Of a stretch of DNA of 64,000 bases, positions 1-10,298 are shown piece by piece. The stretch is taken from NCBI GenBank assembly GCA_963849095.1, contig CAWKGA010000010.1, positions 31,412-95,411 on the forward strand, given 5' to 3'. The notes below the pieces were generated by a model. That model worked only from the letters and a program-made list of their open reading frames with translations, had not been told where the DNA came from and did not search any database. The DNA is from an uncultured Gammaproteobacteria bacterium. Lineage in GTDB: Bacteria > Pseudomonadota > Gammaproteobacteria > Steroidobacterales > Steroidobacteraceae. Both the position numbers and the translations under genes were made by a program. Position 1 is the first letter of the stretch. Every line of letters begins with the position of its first letter.

Positions 1-1349
1 GGAAGTGGTGACGGTCGTTTCGCAACATGGCCGCCCGGACGATGGCAGCGATGCCTCGCCGTTCTCCAACGTCGAGCTCGACGTGCCGCCTGAAGCCCCC
101 GAGTGAGTGGCCGCGGGATCTGACCAAGGACGAGCTCATCAATCAGATCCTCGCGAAGTTTGAGGCCGCCCTCCCGGGCGTCTCGTTCAACTTCTCGCAG
201 TACATCCAGGACAACATCGAGGAGGCCATGTCGGGCGTCAAGGGCGAGAACTCCGTGAAGATCATCGGGCCGAGCCTCGAGACGCTGACGACTCTCGCAG
301 GAAAGGTTCGCGATCAAATGGCGCAGGTGCGCGGGATCACCGACCTCGGCGTTTTCCCCGTTCTCGGCCAACCGGATCTCGACATCCGGATCAATCGCGC
401 CGAGGCCGCACGCTATGGCCTCAACACCGGCGATGTGAACACGGTCATCCAGGCGGCGCTCGGGGGCACTGTGGCGACCGAGGTGCTCGAGGGCGACCGG
501 CAGTTCGATCTCGTCCTGCGCTACCAGCAAGCCTATCGAGATAGCATCGAGAAGATCCGCAATCTGGAGGTGGCTTATCAGACGAGCAACGATACGTTGG
601 GCTACGTGCCGCTCAAGGACCTCGCGAGCATCGAGCTCACGACCGGCGCATCGTGGATCTATCACGAGGGCGGGGAGCGGTTCATCCCCGTCAAGTTCAG
701 CGTCCGGGGTCGGGATCTCGGTGGAGCCGTGTCGGACGCGCAGGCACGGATCGGGAGCCACGTGCGGCTGCCGCCTGGCTACCGGATGGAGTGGTCGGGT
801 GAGTATGGAGAGCTTAAGGACGCGCAGCGGCGCCTCGAGGTGATCATCCCGGTGAGCCTGGTGCTCATCCTCGGGCTTCTCTACAGCCTCTTCAACTCCA
901 TCAAGGAGTGTCTGCTCTCCCTGACCGGGATTCCGTTTGCGGTGGCGGGCGGAGTGCTCGGGCTTTATCTGACCGGACGCGACTTCAGCATATCCGCCGC
1001 CATCGGCTTCATTTCTCTGTTCGGCGTCTCGGTCATGATCGGCATTCTGCTCCTCAGCCATTACAACCGGGCGAGACGGCGGGGCTTGCCGCCGGCGGAG
1101 TCGATGTTCGAGGCGGCATCAAGCCTCATGCGGCCGCTCCTCATGATGAGCCTTGCCGCCGGCATCGGGTTGCTGCCTGCGGCAGTCTCGACTGGCATCG
1201 GCAGCGAGGTGCAGCGGCCGCTTGCCACGGTCGTGGTGGGAGGCATGCTCTTCGGCTCCGTCATGCTGCTCCTCGTGGTGCCAGTGCTGACGATGGTACT
1301 GCTCGGGGAGGGCCAAGGCCGGCCCGACGAGCCTGCACGGGGGTCGTAA
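1..1349 (+). CDS. CusA/CzcA-family heavy-metal RND efflux permease, C-terminal ~440 aa (5' end outside window)
   Basis: The frame of ORF 27..1349 stays open to the window edge. The translation has CzcA-type segments (SGVKGENSVKIIGP, DLDIRINRAEAARYGLNTGDVN) and a C-terminal TM bundle. Confidence 0.85.
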
Positions 1350-1352
1350 GGC

Positions 1353-2867
1353 ATGCTGAGGGTTCGGCTCGCATTGTTGTGTGTCATCGCCCTCGCGGCG
1401 CTGCCGCTCGTTGCCGGCTGCGTCGTCGGGCCGCATTACCAGCGTCCGGCGACACCACCCGCGAGCGGCTACGCGCCGAGGCTTCTACCGCGGACGACGG
1501 CCTCGGTGCCTGGACCGGAGGGCGCCGCTCAGACCTTCAGCACCGCACGCTCCATATCCGCGCAGTGGTGGACGCTGTTTCGTTCGCCGGCGCTCAACCA
1601 GCTGATCGAGACCGCCTTCGCCGCAAATCCCACGATCGACGCGACGGTTGCGGCCCTGAAGGAAGCGCAGGAGAACGTCTACGCCCAGCGCGGATATTTC
1701 TATCCGACGGTGCAGGCAAGCTACCAGGGCGAGCGCACCAAGCTCTCGGGCAACACGGCGACCTCGAGCGCTCCGGGCGTCCAGGGCAATGGCGAGAACA
1801 TCGCGCCGTCGGGGCCCGCGCAGCCGGTCACCTACAACTTCCACACTGCCCAGGTGACGGTCGGCTTCGTACCGGATGTGTTCGGCGCGAATCGCCGCGA
1901 GGTCGAGTCGTTGCAGGCTCAGACGGATGCGGCGCGCTTCCAGCTCGAAGCCGCCTATGTGACGCTGGCCTCCAACGTGGTCGCTGCGGCGCTGCAGGAG
2001 GCGTCGACCCGCGCGCAGATCGCCGCGGTGCAGACGATCATCGACGCCAATGAGCGTTCGCTTCAGATCCTGCGCAATCAGCGTCGCCTGGGGTATGCGG
2101 CACGGCTCGACGTCGCGCAGCAGGAGCTGGCGCTCGCTCAGGCGCAAGCGCTGCTGCCACCGCTCGCGCGCCAGCTCGAGCAGACCCGGGACCTCATTCG
2201 TGTGCTCGCCGGGAACGCGCCGGACCACGACGTGCCGGAGACGTTCACGCTCGCTGCGCTGCACTTGCCTGAGCAGCTGCCCCTCTCTCTGCCCTCGCAG
2301 CTCATCGAACAGCGCCCGGACGTCCGGGCCGCGGAGGAGCAAGTCCGTTCGGCGAGTGCCCTCGTGGGAGTGGCCGTCGCGAATCGCCTGCCGCAGTTCT
2401 CCCTCACAGCCGCGCTCGGCGGCCAGGCGACCAAGATCACGCAGATGTTCGAGAGCGCCGGTACCTTCTGGGACGTGATCGGCAGCGCCTCGCAGCCGCT
2501 CTTCGACGCCGGCACGCTGCGCCACCGGCAGCGTGCGGCGGAGCAAGCCCTGGCGCAGGCGACCGCGCAGTACCGCAGCACCGTGCTCACCGCCTTCCAG
2601 AACGTAGCCGACACCCTGCATGCGCTGTACTCGGATGCCGACGCCCTGAAATCGGCGGTGGCGGTAGAGCAGGCCGCCAAAGTCACCCTGGATATCTCGC
2701 ACAGGCAGTTCCAGACCGGCTACGCCAACGGGCTTGCGGTTCTCACCGCACAGCAGGCGTATCAGCAGGCGGTCATCGCACGAGTGCAGGCGCAAGGAGC
2801 GCGGCTCGGGGACACAGCGGCACTGTTCCAGGCGCTCGGGGGCGGGTGGTGGAATCGAAGCGAGTGA
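1353..2867 (+). CDS. RND efflux outer-membrane factor lipoprotein, NodT family
   Basis: 504 aa. Signal peptide with lipobox LPLVAGC, two OEP-type repeats, C-terminal GGGWW motif. Starts 4 nt after the RND gene. Confidence 0.85.
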   Translation: MLRVRLALLCVIALAALPLVAGCVVGPHYQRPATPPASGYAPRLLPRTTASVPGPEGAAQTFSTARSISAQWWTLFRSPALNQLIETAFAANPTIDATVAALKEAQENVYAQRGYFYPTVQASYQGERTKLSGNTATSSAPGVQGNGENIAPSGPAQPVTYNFHTAQVTVGFVPDVFGANRREVESLQAQTDAARFQLEAAYVTLASNVVAAALQEASTRAQIAAVQTIIDANERSLQILRNQRRLGYAARLDVAQQELALAQAQALLPPLARQLEQTRDLIRVLAGNAPDHDVPETFTLAALHLPEQLPLSLPSQLIEQRPDVRAAEEQVRSASALVGVAVANRLPQFSLTAALGGQATKITQMFESAGTFWDVIGSASQPLFDAGTLRHRQRAAEQALAQATAQYRSTVLTAFQNVADTLHALYSDADALKSAVAVEQAAKVTLDISHRQFQTGYANGLAVLTAQQAYQQAVIARVQAQGARLGDTAALFQALGGGWWNRSE

Positions 2868-2940
2868 CCGTTCTCGCCTACGCTCGCGCGGCCGCTTAAG
2901 ATACGCGCTCCTCAAGTACGCGGCCGGATGCGGGGGACAA

Positions 2941-5100
2941 GTGAGACGCTCGCTGACAATCGCGATTTCTGCGCTTCTCGGCGGCGCCGCCGCGCTCGGC
3001 GCGACGACAGCGTTCGGCGCCGAGATTTCTCCCGCTCCGCCCGCGTGGGTCACCGGGACCCGTCTCACCCACGTGAGCGCCGAGCCGCAGAACTGGCTCA
3101 CGACGGGACACGACTACAGCGACACGTGGTTCAGCCCCCTCGCGAGCCTCAACGACCGCAATGTCGGCGGCCTGAAGCTCGCCTGGCACTACGATCTCGA
3201 TACGCACCGAGGTCAGGAAGCGACGCCCGTCGTCGTCGACGGCGTCATGTACACGACGAGCGCGTGGAGTAAGGTCCAGGCGTTCGACGCCGCGACGGGC
3301 CGGCTGCTGTGGCACTTCGATCCGAAGGTGCCTGGCAAGATCGCCTTCTATGCCTGCTGCGACGTGGTCAACCGGGGCGTTGCGGTCTGGAGGGGCCGTG
3401 TCTATGTCGCGACGCTCGACGGCCGGCTGATTTCGCTCGATGCGCGCACCGGCCAGCCGATCTGGTCGGTGCTCACCGTCGATCCGCGCCGCCCGTACAC
3501 CATTACCGGCGCGCCGCTCGCCGTCGCGGGCCGCATCATCATCGGCAACGCGGGCGCGGAGTACGGGGTGCGCGGGTACGTGAGCGCCTACGACGCCGTG
3601 ACTGGCAAGCGCCTCTGGCGCTTCTACACCGCTCCCGGCGATCCGGCGAAGGGCTTCGAGAGCCCCGTGCTCGCGCGCGCGGCGAAGACCTGGCCGGAGG
3701 GCTGGTGGAAGAGCGGCGGTGGTGCGACGGTCTGGAATTCGTTCTCCTACGATCCGGAACTCGATCTGCTCTACTTCGGCACCGGCAACATCCAGCCCTG
3801 GGGGCGCATGCCGAGCGGGGAGCGCGCCGACGGGCTGCTCTCCGCGTCCATCGTCGCGGTTCACGCCTCGACGGGCCGGTATGCCTGGCACTATCAGACC
3901 ACGCCCGGGGACATGTGGGACTACGATTCCACCCAGACGCTGACGCTCGCCACGCTCACGATCGACGGCCGCCCGCGCAAGGTCATCATGCAGGCGGCCA
4001 AGAACGGCTACTTCTACGTCCTCGACCGCGCGACCGGCCAGCTCCTGTCCGCGAAGAGCTACGTCACCGTCAACTGGTCGCGCGGCATCGACCCGCGGAC
4101 CGGGCGTCCCGAGGTGAACCCGCAGGCGCTCTACGATTTGACCGGTAAGGTGTGGGTCGGTGAGCCCGGCGCCGGGGGCGGCCACAACTGGCAGCCGATG
4201 AGCTACAGCCCGGCAACCGGTCTCGTGTACATCCCCGCCCAGGAGCTGCCGTTCCCCTATCTCATCGACCGGACGTTCGAGCCGCAGGCTCTCGCGACCA
4301 ACATGGGGATCGACCAGGCCGCGACGAGCCTGCCGCAGGACCCGCAATCGAAGGCCCAGGCTCTCGCGGGCCTCAAGGGCTATCTGTCCGCGTGGAATCC
4401 GGTGACCGAGCGCGAGGTCTGGCGTGCGACGCTCGAGGGCCCGTGGAACGGAGGCATCCTCTCGACCGCCGGCAATCTCGTGTTCGAGGGCAACGCCGCC
4501 GGACAATTCGTGGCGTACCGCGCGAGCGACGGCGAGAGGCTCTGGTCCTTTCCCGCCGAGACCGGAATCATCGCGGCGCCGATGACGTTCTCCGTCGCGG
4601 GCAAGCAATACGTGACCGTGCTCGCGGGGTGGGGCGGCATATTCCCGCTCGCTGCCGGCGAGCTCTCGTTCAAATCCGGCCGTCAGATCAACCGCAGCCG
4701 CGTGCTCACCTTCGCGCTCGGCGGGGCGGATCGGCTGCCCGCCGTCACGCCGCAGCCAGTGATCTTTCCGCCGCCCCCTTCGGTACGCGTGAGCGCCGCG
4801 CTCGCGGCTCAGGGCGCGCAGTACTACGCCCGCCGCTGCGGCGCGTGCCACGGCGACGCCGCCGCATCGGGCGGTCTGGTGCCCGACCTGCGCTACAGCG
4901 CGGCTTTGAGGAGCGAGGAGTACTGGAACGCCGTGGTCAACGAGGGAGCGCTCGAGTCCGAGGGCATGGTCTCCTTCAAATCAGCGCTCACTGCGCAGCA
5001 GCAGGCTGCCGTGCGCGCCTATCTCATCCAGCGCGCGCAGGAGAGCTACGCGCAGTGGCTGCGGCAAGGCTCGGCGACTTCGGCGAGCGGTCTGAAGTAA
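2941..5100 (+). CDS. PQQ-dependent quinohaemoprotein alcohol dehydrogenase (type II, C-terminal cytochrome c domain)
   Basis: GTG at 2941 gives the signal peptide VRRSLTIAISALLGGAAALGATTAFGA. PQQ propeller motifs (W-repeats, GNAGAEYGVRGY) and a C-terminal haem site CGACHG are present. Confidence 0.85.
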   Translation: MRRSLTIAISALLGGAAALGATTAFGAEISPAPPAWVTGTRLTHVSAEPQNWLTTGHDYSDTWFSPLASLNDRNVGGLKLAWHYDLDTHRGQEATPVVVDGVMYTTSAWSKVQAFDAATGRLLWHFDPKVPGKIAFYACCDVVNRGVAVWRGRVYVATLDGRLISLDARTGQPIWSVLTVDPRRPYTITGAPLAVAGRIIIGNAGAEYGVRGYVSAYDAVTGKRLWRFYTAPGDPAKGFESPVLARAAKTWPEGWWKSGGGATVWNSFSYDPELDLLYFGTGNIQPWGRMPSGERADGLLSASIVAVHASTGRYAWHYQTTPGDMWDYDSTQTLTLATLTIDGRPRKVIMQAAKNGYFYVLDRATGQLLSAKSYVTVNWSRGIDPRTGRPEVNPQALYDLTGKVWVGEPGAGGGHNWQPMSYSPATGLVYIPAQELPFPYLIDRTFEPQALATNMGIDQAATSLPQDPQSKAQALAGLKGYLSAWNPVTEREVWRATLEGPWNGGILSTAGNLVFEGNAAGQFVAYRASDGERLWSFPAETGIIAAPMTFSVAGKQYVTVLAGWGGIFPLAAGELSFKSGRQINRSRVLTFALGGADRLPAVTPQPVIFPPPPSVRVSAALAAQGAQYYARRCGACHGDAAASGGLVPDLRYSAALRSEEYWNAVVNEGALESEGMVSFKSALTAQQQAAVRAYLIQRAQESYAQWLRQGSATSASGLK

Positions 5101-5110
5101 AGTAGGGCGC

Positions 5111-5797
5111 ATGGCTTGCACGTCCCACAAATCGCGCATTCTGGCGGTCGACATCGGCGGCACGCACGTCAAGGTCCTCCTGCACGGCGAATCCGACGAG
5201 CGCAAGGTTCTCTCCGGTCCGACGATGACTCCCCGCGAGATGGTGCAGGCCGTGCGCAAGCTCGCGCGCGGCTGGCGCTACGAGGTGGTGTCCATCGGCT
5301 ACCCTGGCGTCGTTCTGCATGGGCGGCCGCTCGCGGAGCCCCACAATCTCGCCCACGGCTGGGTCGGCTTCGACTTCCGCAAGGCATTCGGCCGGCCCGT
5401 GCGTCTCATCAACGATGCGGCCATGCAGGCGATCGGCACCTACCGGGGCGGCCGCATGCTGTTCCTCGGCCTCGGCACCGGGCTCGGCACCGCCTTGATC
5501 CTCGATCGCCTGGTGGAGGCGACGGAGCTCGCGCACCTCCCCTACAAGAAGGGGCGGACGTATGAGGATTATCTCGGCGATCACGGACTGCAGCGCCTCG
5601 GCCGCAAGAAGTGGGAGCGCGCCGTGTTCGACGTGACCGAGCGCCTGCGGGCGGCCTTCGAGGTCGAGTACGTCGTGCTCGGCGGCGGCAACGTGAGGCT
5701 GCTAAAGAGCCTGCCGGACGGCGCGAGACGCGGCGACAACGCAAATGCCTTCACCGGCGCGTTCCGCATGTGGCTCGAGCCGGGTTGGGTCCGATGA
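5111..5797 (+). CDS. ROK-family sugar kinase (polyphosphate-glucokinase-like)
   Basis: 228 aa. N-terminal ILAVDIGGTHVKV ATPase-fold motif and INDAAMQAIG. Its stop overlaps the next gene's start (ATGA at 5794). Confidence 0.7.
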   Translation: MACTSHKSRILAVDIGGTHVKVLLHGESDERKVLSGPTMTPREMVQAVRKLARGWRYEVVSIGYPGVVLHGRPLAEPHNLAHGWVGFDFRKAFGRPVRLINDAAMQAIGTYRGGRMLFLGLGTGLGTALILDRLVEATELAHLPYKKGRTYEDYLGDHGLQRLGRKKWERAVFDVTERLRAAFEVEYVVLGGGNVRLLKSLPDGARRGDNANAFTGAFRMWLEPGWVR

Positions 5798-8157
5798 GCC
5801 CGCCGGATTCCGCGCAGGCCCCCGGAGCGCCGGGTATCCCTCCGACTTGGTCGAGCAGCGCCAAGCAGATGGTCGGCTGCTCGCTCGGCCAATCGCGGGT
5901 ATGGTTCACGACCGGCGGCGGCATCCTGAACGAGGTGTACTACCCACGCGTCGATATCCCTCAGGTCCGGGACCTCGGATTCCTCGTCGCGGACGGCCGT
6001 GGGTTCTGGGTGGAGGTGAAGCGGTTCGAGCAGCACACCCTCACCGCCGCCGCGGACGGCACTCCGGCCGTCACCATCGTGCACCGGCATCCGCGCTTCG
6101 AGCTCACGCTGCGCCTCGTGCCCTGCATCCAGCGCGATGCGCTGCTCCTGCGCGTGGAGCTCGCCGGCGATGCGGATCTGCGGCCCTATGCATTGCTCGC
6201 GCCGCACCTCGGCGGAACGGGACACGACAATCTCGTGGAGGTGGGGAACTCGCGCGGGCGTCGGATTTTGTGGGCGGAGCAGGGGCCGTTCGCGGTGGCG
6301 CTCGCTGCGGTGGACGGGCACCAGAGAGACGCCTGGGGACGGGCGAGCGCGGGCTACGTCGGCCAGAGCGACGGCTGGCAGGACTTCTCGCGCAACGGCG
6401 CGATGACCTGGGAGCACACGAACGCCGGACCGGGCAACGTCGCGCTGATGGGGGAGCTTCCGCGGAGCGCGACGCTCGCCCTGGCCTTTGCCGCGAGTCG
6501 CGAGGCCGCGGGGACCGTCGCGGTTACAGCCCTGCTCGAGCCCTTCGAGGCCGTCTGGGGGCGGCTGGTCGACGATTGGAAGGGATGGCACGCGCGCTGC
6601 CGCACGCGCTCGGGCGGCTGGCCGCAGGTGCCGCCCGCGATCGAGCGCGAGCTCAACATCTCCGCCATGGTGCTGCGTGCGCATCAGGACAAGACGTATC
6701 CCGGAACGATGGTGGCGAGTCTCAGCGTTCCCTGGGGCAACACGCGCGATGAGATCGGCGGGTACCACCTCGTCTGGCCGCGCGACCTCGTCGAGTGCGC
6801 CGGCGCTTTGCTCGCGCTCGGCGCGACCGGCGAGGCGCGAGACACCCTACGCTACCTCATTGCGACTCAGCAGCCCGACGGCCACTGGAATCAGAACCAG
6901 TGGCTCGGCGGCACGAGCTACTGGACCGGGCTGCAGCTCGATGAGACCGCCTTTCCGGTGCTGCTCGCGGTGAGCCTCGCGGAGCGCGACGCGCTCCGTG
7001 GCATCGAGATCGGCGACATGATCCAGCGCGCGCTGAGCTGTCTCGTGCGAACCGGTCCGGTGACTCAGCAGGATCGCTGGGAGGAGGATGCGGGGCTCAA
7101 TCCTTTCACGCTGTCCGTTTGCGTCGCCGCCCTCGTCTGCGGCGCCCCGTACCTCGATCCCCCGGCGCGGCAGCTCGCGTACGCCATCGCCGACTACTGG
7201 AATGCGCGCATCGAGGACTGGACGGCGGCCCGTAATACGGCGCTCGGCAAGCAGTACGGTATCGACGCCTACTACGTGCGCGTTGCGCCGGCCGAGATCC
7301 TCCAGGACCCGGCCGCCATCGAGCGGGTGATGCCGGTGAAGAACTGGCGCACCGATCCCAACATGAAGAGCTGGCAGCAAGTCGGCGTGGATTTCCTGCA
7401 GCTCGTGCGCTTCGGGTTGCGCCAGCCGGACGATCCCCTCGTCCTCTCGACCGTGCGACTCGCGGACGCGTTGCTGCGCGTGGAGCTGCCGACCGGAACG
7501 AGCTGGTACCGCTACACGTCGGACGGCTATGGCGAGCACTCGGATGGAGCGGCCTATGATGGAACCGGACAAGGGCGGCCCTGGCCGCTATTGACCGGTG
7601 AGCGGGGACATTACGAGCTCGTCGCGGGCCGCGACCCGCTGCCGCATCTCACCGCCATGGCGGCCATGGCTTCGAGCGGCGGCATGTTGCCGGAGCAGGT
7701 GTGGGATGCACCGGACATCCCGCAGCTCGGACTTCTGACCGGCCACGCCACGGGATCGGCGATGCCGCTCGCCTGGGCCCATGCCGAGTTCGTGAAGCTC
7801 GCGGTCTCCCGGGAGCTCAAGCGGCCGTTCGACCGGCCCGCTGCGGTGTGGGAGCGCTACAAGGGCCGGCGGCCGCCCATCACCCGCGCCGTGTGGTCGC
7901 AGGCCGCGCCCGTGAGCAGCATCCCGGCCGGCGTGCCGTTGCTCGTCTGCCTGCGGGAGAGCGGACGCATCCGGTGGAGCGCGGACGGCTGGCGCACGGT
8001 CGGCGAGCAATCGACCCACGACAGCGGGCTCGGCTTGTACGTCGCGGGACTCGATACGGCGAAGCTCGCACCGGGCACGCGGATCGAGCTGACCTTTCAG
8101 GACAGCGGCAAGGGCGAGTGGGCCGGGAAAAACTTTACCGTCGAGGTGGCGCGCTGA
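5794..8157 (+). CDS. Glycoside hydrolase family 15 glucoamylase/glucodextranase-like
   Basis: ATG 5794 lies in frame with ORF 5611..8157. The product has bacterial GH15 architecture: an N-terminal beta-sandwich and an (alpha/alpha)6 domain with LVWPRDL, WEEDAG and LPEQVWD motifs. Confidence 0.8.
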   Translation: MSPPDSAQAPGAPGIPPTWSSSAKQMVGCSLGQSRVWFTTGGGILNEVYYPRVDIPQVRDLGFLVADGRGFWVEVKRFEQHTLTAAADGTPAVTIVHRHPRFELTLRLVPCIQRDALLLRVELAGDADLRPYALLAPHLGGTGHDNLVEVGNSRGRRILWAEQGPFAVALAAVDGHQRDAWGRASAGYVGQSDGWQDFSRNGAMTWEHTNAGPGNVALMGELPRSATLALAFAASREAAGTVAVTALLEPFEAVWGRLVDDWKGWHARCRTRSGGWPQVPPAIERELNISAMVLRAHQDKTYPGTMVASLSVPWGNTRDEIGGYHLVWPRDLVECAGALLALGATGEARDTLRYLIATQQPDGHWNQNQWLGGTSYWTGLQLDETAFPVLLAVSLAERDALRGIEIGDMIQRALSCLVRTGPVTQQDRWEEDAGLNPFTLSVCVAALVCGAPYLDPPARQLAYAIADYWNARIEDWTAARNTALGKQYGIDAYYVRVAPAEILQDPAAIERVMPVKNWRTDPNMKSWQQVGVDFLQLVRFGLRQPDDPLVLSTVRLADALLRVELPTGTSWYRYTSDGYGEHSDGAAYDGTGQGRPWPLLTGERGHYELVAGRDPLPHLTAMAAMASSGGMLPEQVWDAPDIPQLGLLTGHATGSAMPLAWAHAEFVKLAVSRELKRPFDRPAAVWERYKGRRPPITRAVWSQAAPVSSIPAGVPLLVCLRESGRIRWSADGWRTVGEQSTHDSGLGLYVAGLDTAKLAPGTRIELTFQDSGKGEWAGKNFTVEVAR

Positions 8158-8161
8158 GCGC

Positions 8162-9298
8162 TCACTCGAGTAGCGAGACCGGGCGGGCGCTGCGGTAGAC
8201 GAGAGCCGCTGCGGCCTCGGGGAGACGCGCGGGTGCCTCCGCGTCGCGCCGCGCGGCCTCGATCAAGTCGTGATGCGGCGCCAGGGCGCACGTAGGATCC
8301 GTGGCGGCGGCGCTGCCGGTCAAATGATAGGCCTGGCATCGGCAGCCGCCGAAGTCGACGGTGCGGCGGTCGCAGCTGCGACAGGGCTCGGGCATCCATG
8401 CCTCGCCGCGAAAGGCGTTGAGCGCCTCCGAGTCGCGCCAGATGTCCGCAAGCGGCCGCTGTCTCACGCTTTCCCAGACGAGGCCGGGGAGCGTGTGGGC
8501 GAGGTGGCAGGGCAGGACGAGCCCGTCGGGGCTCACGAGGAGAAAGCGCCGCCCCCAGCCGTCCATGCAGGCCTTCGGCCGCTCGACGTAGTAGTCGGGC
8601 GTCACGAAGAGGATCTCCATGCGCCCTTTGAGCCGCTCGCGGGCTGCGGCGGCGGTCGCACGCGCCCGGGCGAGCTGCTCCGCGGAAGGCAGGAGCGCCT
8701 TGCGGTTCACGAGCGCCCAGCCGAGATACTGGGTGTTCGCGAGCTCCAGCCGATCGGCATCGAGCATCTCGGCGAACGCGATCATCTCCTCGGCGCGGTC
8801 CAGGTTCTCGCGGTGCAGGACGATGTTGAGCGTGAGCGGCAGCCCGAGCTCCTTGACCCAGCGCGCCACACGCAGCTTGCGGTCGAACACGCGCCGCCCG
8901 GCGATGCGGTCGGCGCCGGTCGCTGCAACGTCCTGCACGGAGATCTGTACGTTGTCGAGCCCCAGATCGCGCAGGCGCGCGAGCCGCTCCCGCGTCGCGG
9001 GAATGCCGCTCGTGATGAGGTTCGTGTAGAGCTGCAGCCGCTCGGCTTCGGCGACGAGCGCTTCGAGGTCCTTGCGCAGCAGAGGCTCGCCTCCGGTGAG
9101 ATTGAGCTGCACCACACCGAGTGCCTCGGCATCGCGCAGAACCTGGAGCCAGGTGTCCGTATCGAGCGAATCGGCGTGCCGGGCATAGTCCACGGGATTC
9201 GAGCAGTACACGCAGCGCAGCGGACACGCGTAGGTGAGCTCGGCGACTAGCGTGTACGGACGACACTCCGCCGCCCGCTGCGCAGCCGCGGTGCTCAC
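8162..9298 (-). CDS. pqqE: PQQ biosynthesis radical-SAM protein PqqE
   Basis: GTG at 9298 overlaps the pqqD stop (GTGA). Radical-SAM site ELTYACPLRCVYCSNP and a SPASM-type Cys cluster at the C-terminus. Confidence 0.92.
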   Translation of the reverse strand: MSTAAAQRAAECRPYTLVAELTYACPLRCVYCSNPVDYARHADSLDTDTWLQVLRDAEALGVVQLNLTGGEPLLRKDLEALVAEAERLQLYTNLITSGIPATRERLARLRDLGLDNVQISVQDVAATGADRIAGRRVFDRKLRVARWVKELGLPLTLNIVLHRENLDRAEEMIAFAEMLDADRLELANTQYLGWALVNRKALLPSAEQLARARATAAAARERLKGRMEILFVTPDYYVERPKACMDGWGRRFLLVSPDGLVLPCHLAHTLPGLVWESVRQRPLADIWRDSEALNAFRGEAWMPEPCRSCDRRTVDFGGCRCQAYHLTGSAAATDPTCALAPHHDLIEAARRDAEAPARLPEAAAALVYRSARPVSLLE

Positions 9299-9573
9299 GG
9301 CTCCGTCCGCACGAGCGCCCGCTCGCTCAGGGCGTCGAGGAACGTCAGCACCTCGCGCTCGACGACCTCGCGCGGCTGAGGCGCGTATTTCTCGACGAGC
9401 CGGGAGACGATTTCCTCGACGGTATGCTCCCCGGTGCACAGCTGCACGATGTCCGCCGCGGTGGGATTGAGCTGCATGCCTTTCTCGGGATAGAGCAGCA
9501 GGTACCGGTTGGTCTTCTGATCGAGCCGCAGTCTCGCCTTGGGCGCGAGGCGCGGCCGGGCGTCCTGCGGCAT
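9295..9573 (-). CDS. pqqD: PQQ biosynthesis peptide chaperone PqqD
   Basis: 92 aa (MPQDARPRLAPKARLRLDQKTNRYLLLYPEKGMQLN...). ATGA overlap with the pqqC stop at 9573. Confidence 0.9.
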   Translation of the reverse strand: MPQDARPRLAPKARLRLDQKTNRYLLLYPEKGMQLNPTAADIVQLCTGEHTVEEIVSRLVEKYAPQPREVVEREVLTFLDALSERALVRTEP

Positions 9574-10298
9574 CACTCGCGCGGCCCCTCCGTCCCCCAG
9601 CCGGGCTCGACGTAGGCGGCATAGACCGCATCGAGCAGGTGCCAGAGAATCTCGGTCTTGCGGATGAGAGCTGCGATGCACCGCTCCTGCAGCTCGCGGG
9701 TCGCCGCATGCGTGGTGACGTACGTGATGGCCTCCTCGGAGTCGCCGCGGGCCCGGGTCACGCGGGCGCGGAAGTATGCGAGCATTTGCGGATCCACCCA
9801 CGGGTAGTGCCGCTCCCAGGCGAGTATGCGCCGCGACATGAGGTCGGGCGCGAAGAATTCGGTGAGCGAGGAGGCGACCGCCTCGGTGAGACTGCGCTCG
9901 CGCACGAGCTGCACGTAGCTGTCGCAGGCAAAGCGCACGCCTGGCAGGACCGATCGACAGCTCGCGACCTCCGCGGGGTCGAGCCCGACGCCGGCGGCGA
10001 GGCGCAGCCACATCGAAAGGCCCCCTTCCGTGTCGCTCGTCCCGTCGTGATCGTGGATCCGGTGGATCCACATGCGCCGGAAGCCGGGGTCCTCGGACTT
10101 CGCGAGAATGAGCGCATCCTTGATCGGAATGCGCGTCTGGTAGTAGTAGCGGTTGAGCACCCACTGCTGCAGCTGGACCCGCGTGAGCTGCCCGGCGTGC
10201 ATCAGCACGTGATAGCGGTGGTGATCGTGGTAGCGGCGCGCGCCTTCCTCGCGCAAATGCTCGATGAACTCCTCGCGCGTGAGCGGCGCGCCGTCCAT
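9573..10298 (-). CDS. pqqC: Pyrroloquinoline-quinone synthase PqqC
   Basis: 241 aa. Motifs RYHDHHRYHVLMH and WVLNRYYYQ are typical of PqqC. Confidence 0.92.
   Translation of the reverse strand: MDGAPLTREEFIEHLREEGARRYHDHHRYHVLMHAGQLTRVQLQQWVLNRYYYQTRIPIKDALILAKSEDPGFRRMWIHRIHDHDGTSDTEGGLSMWLRLAAGVGLDPAEVASCRSVLPGVRFACDSYVQLVRERSLTEAVASSLTEFFAPDLMSRRILAWERHYPWVDPQMLAYFRARVTRARGDSEEAITYVTTHAATRELQERCIAALIRKTEILWHLLDAVYAAYVEPGWGTEGPRE

Noticed and set aside
1485-4851. Long minus-strand ORFs 1485..3101 and 2896..4851
   Set aside because: They are antisense to the NodT and PQQ-dehydrogenase genes and have no recognisable motifs.
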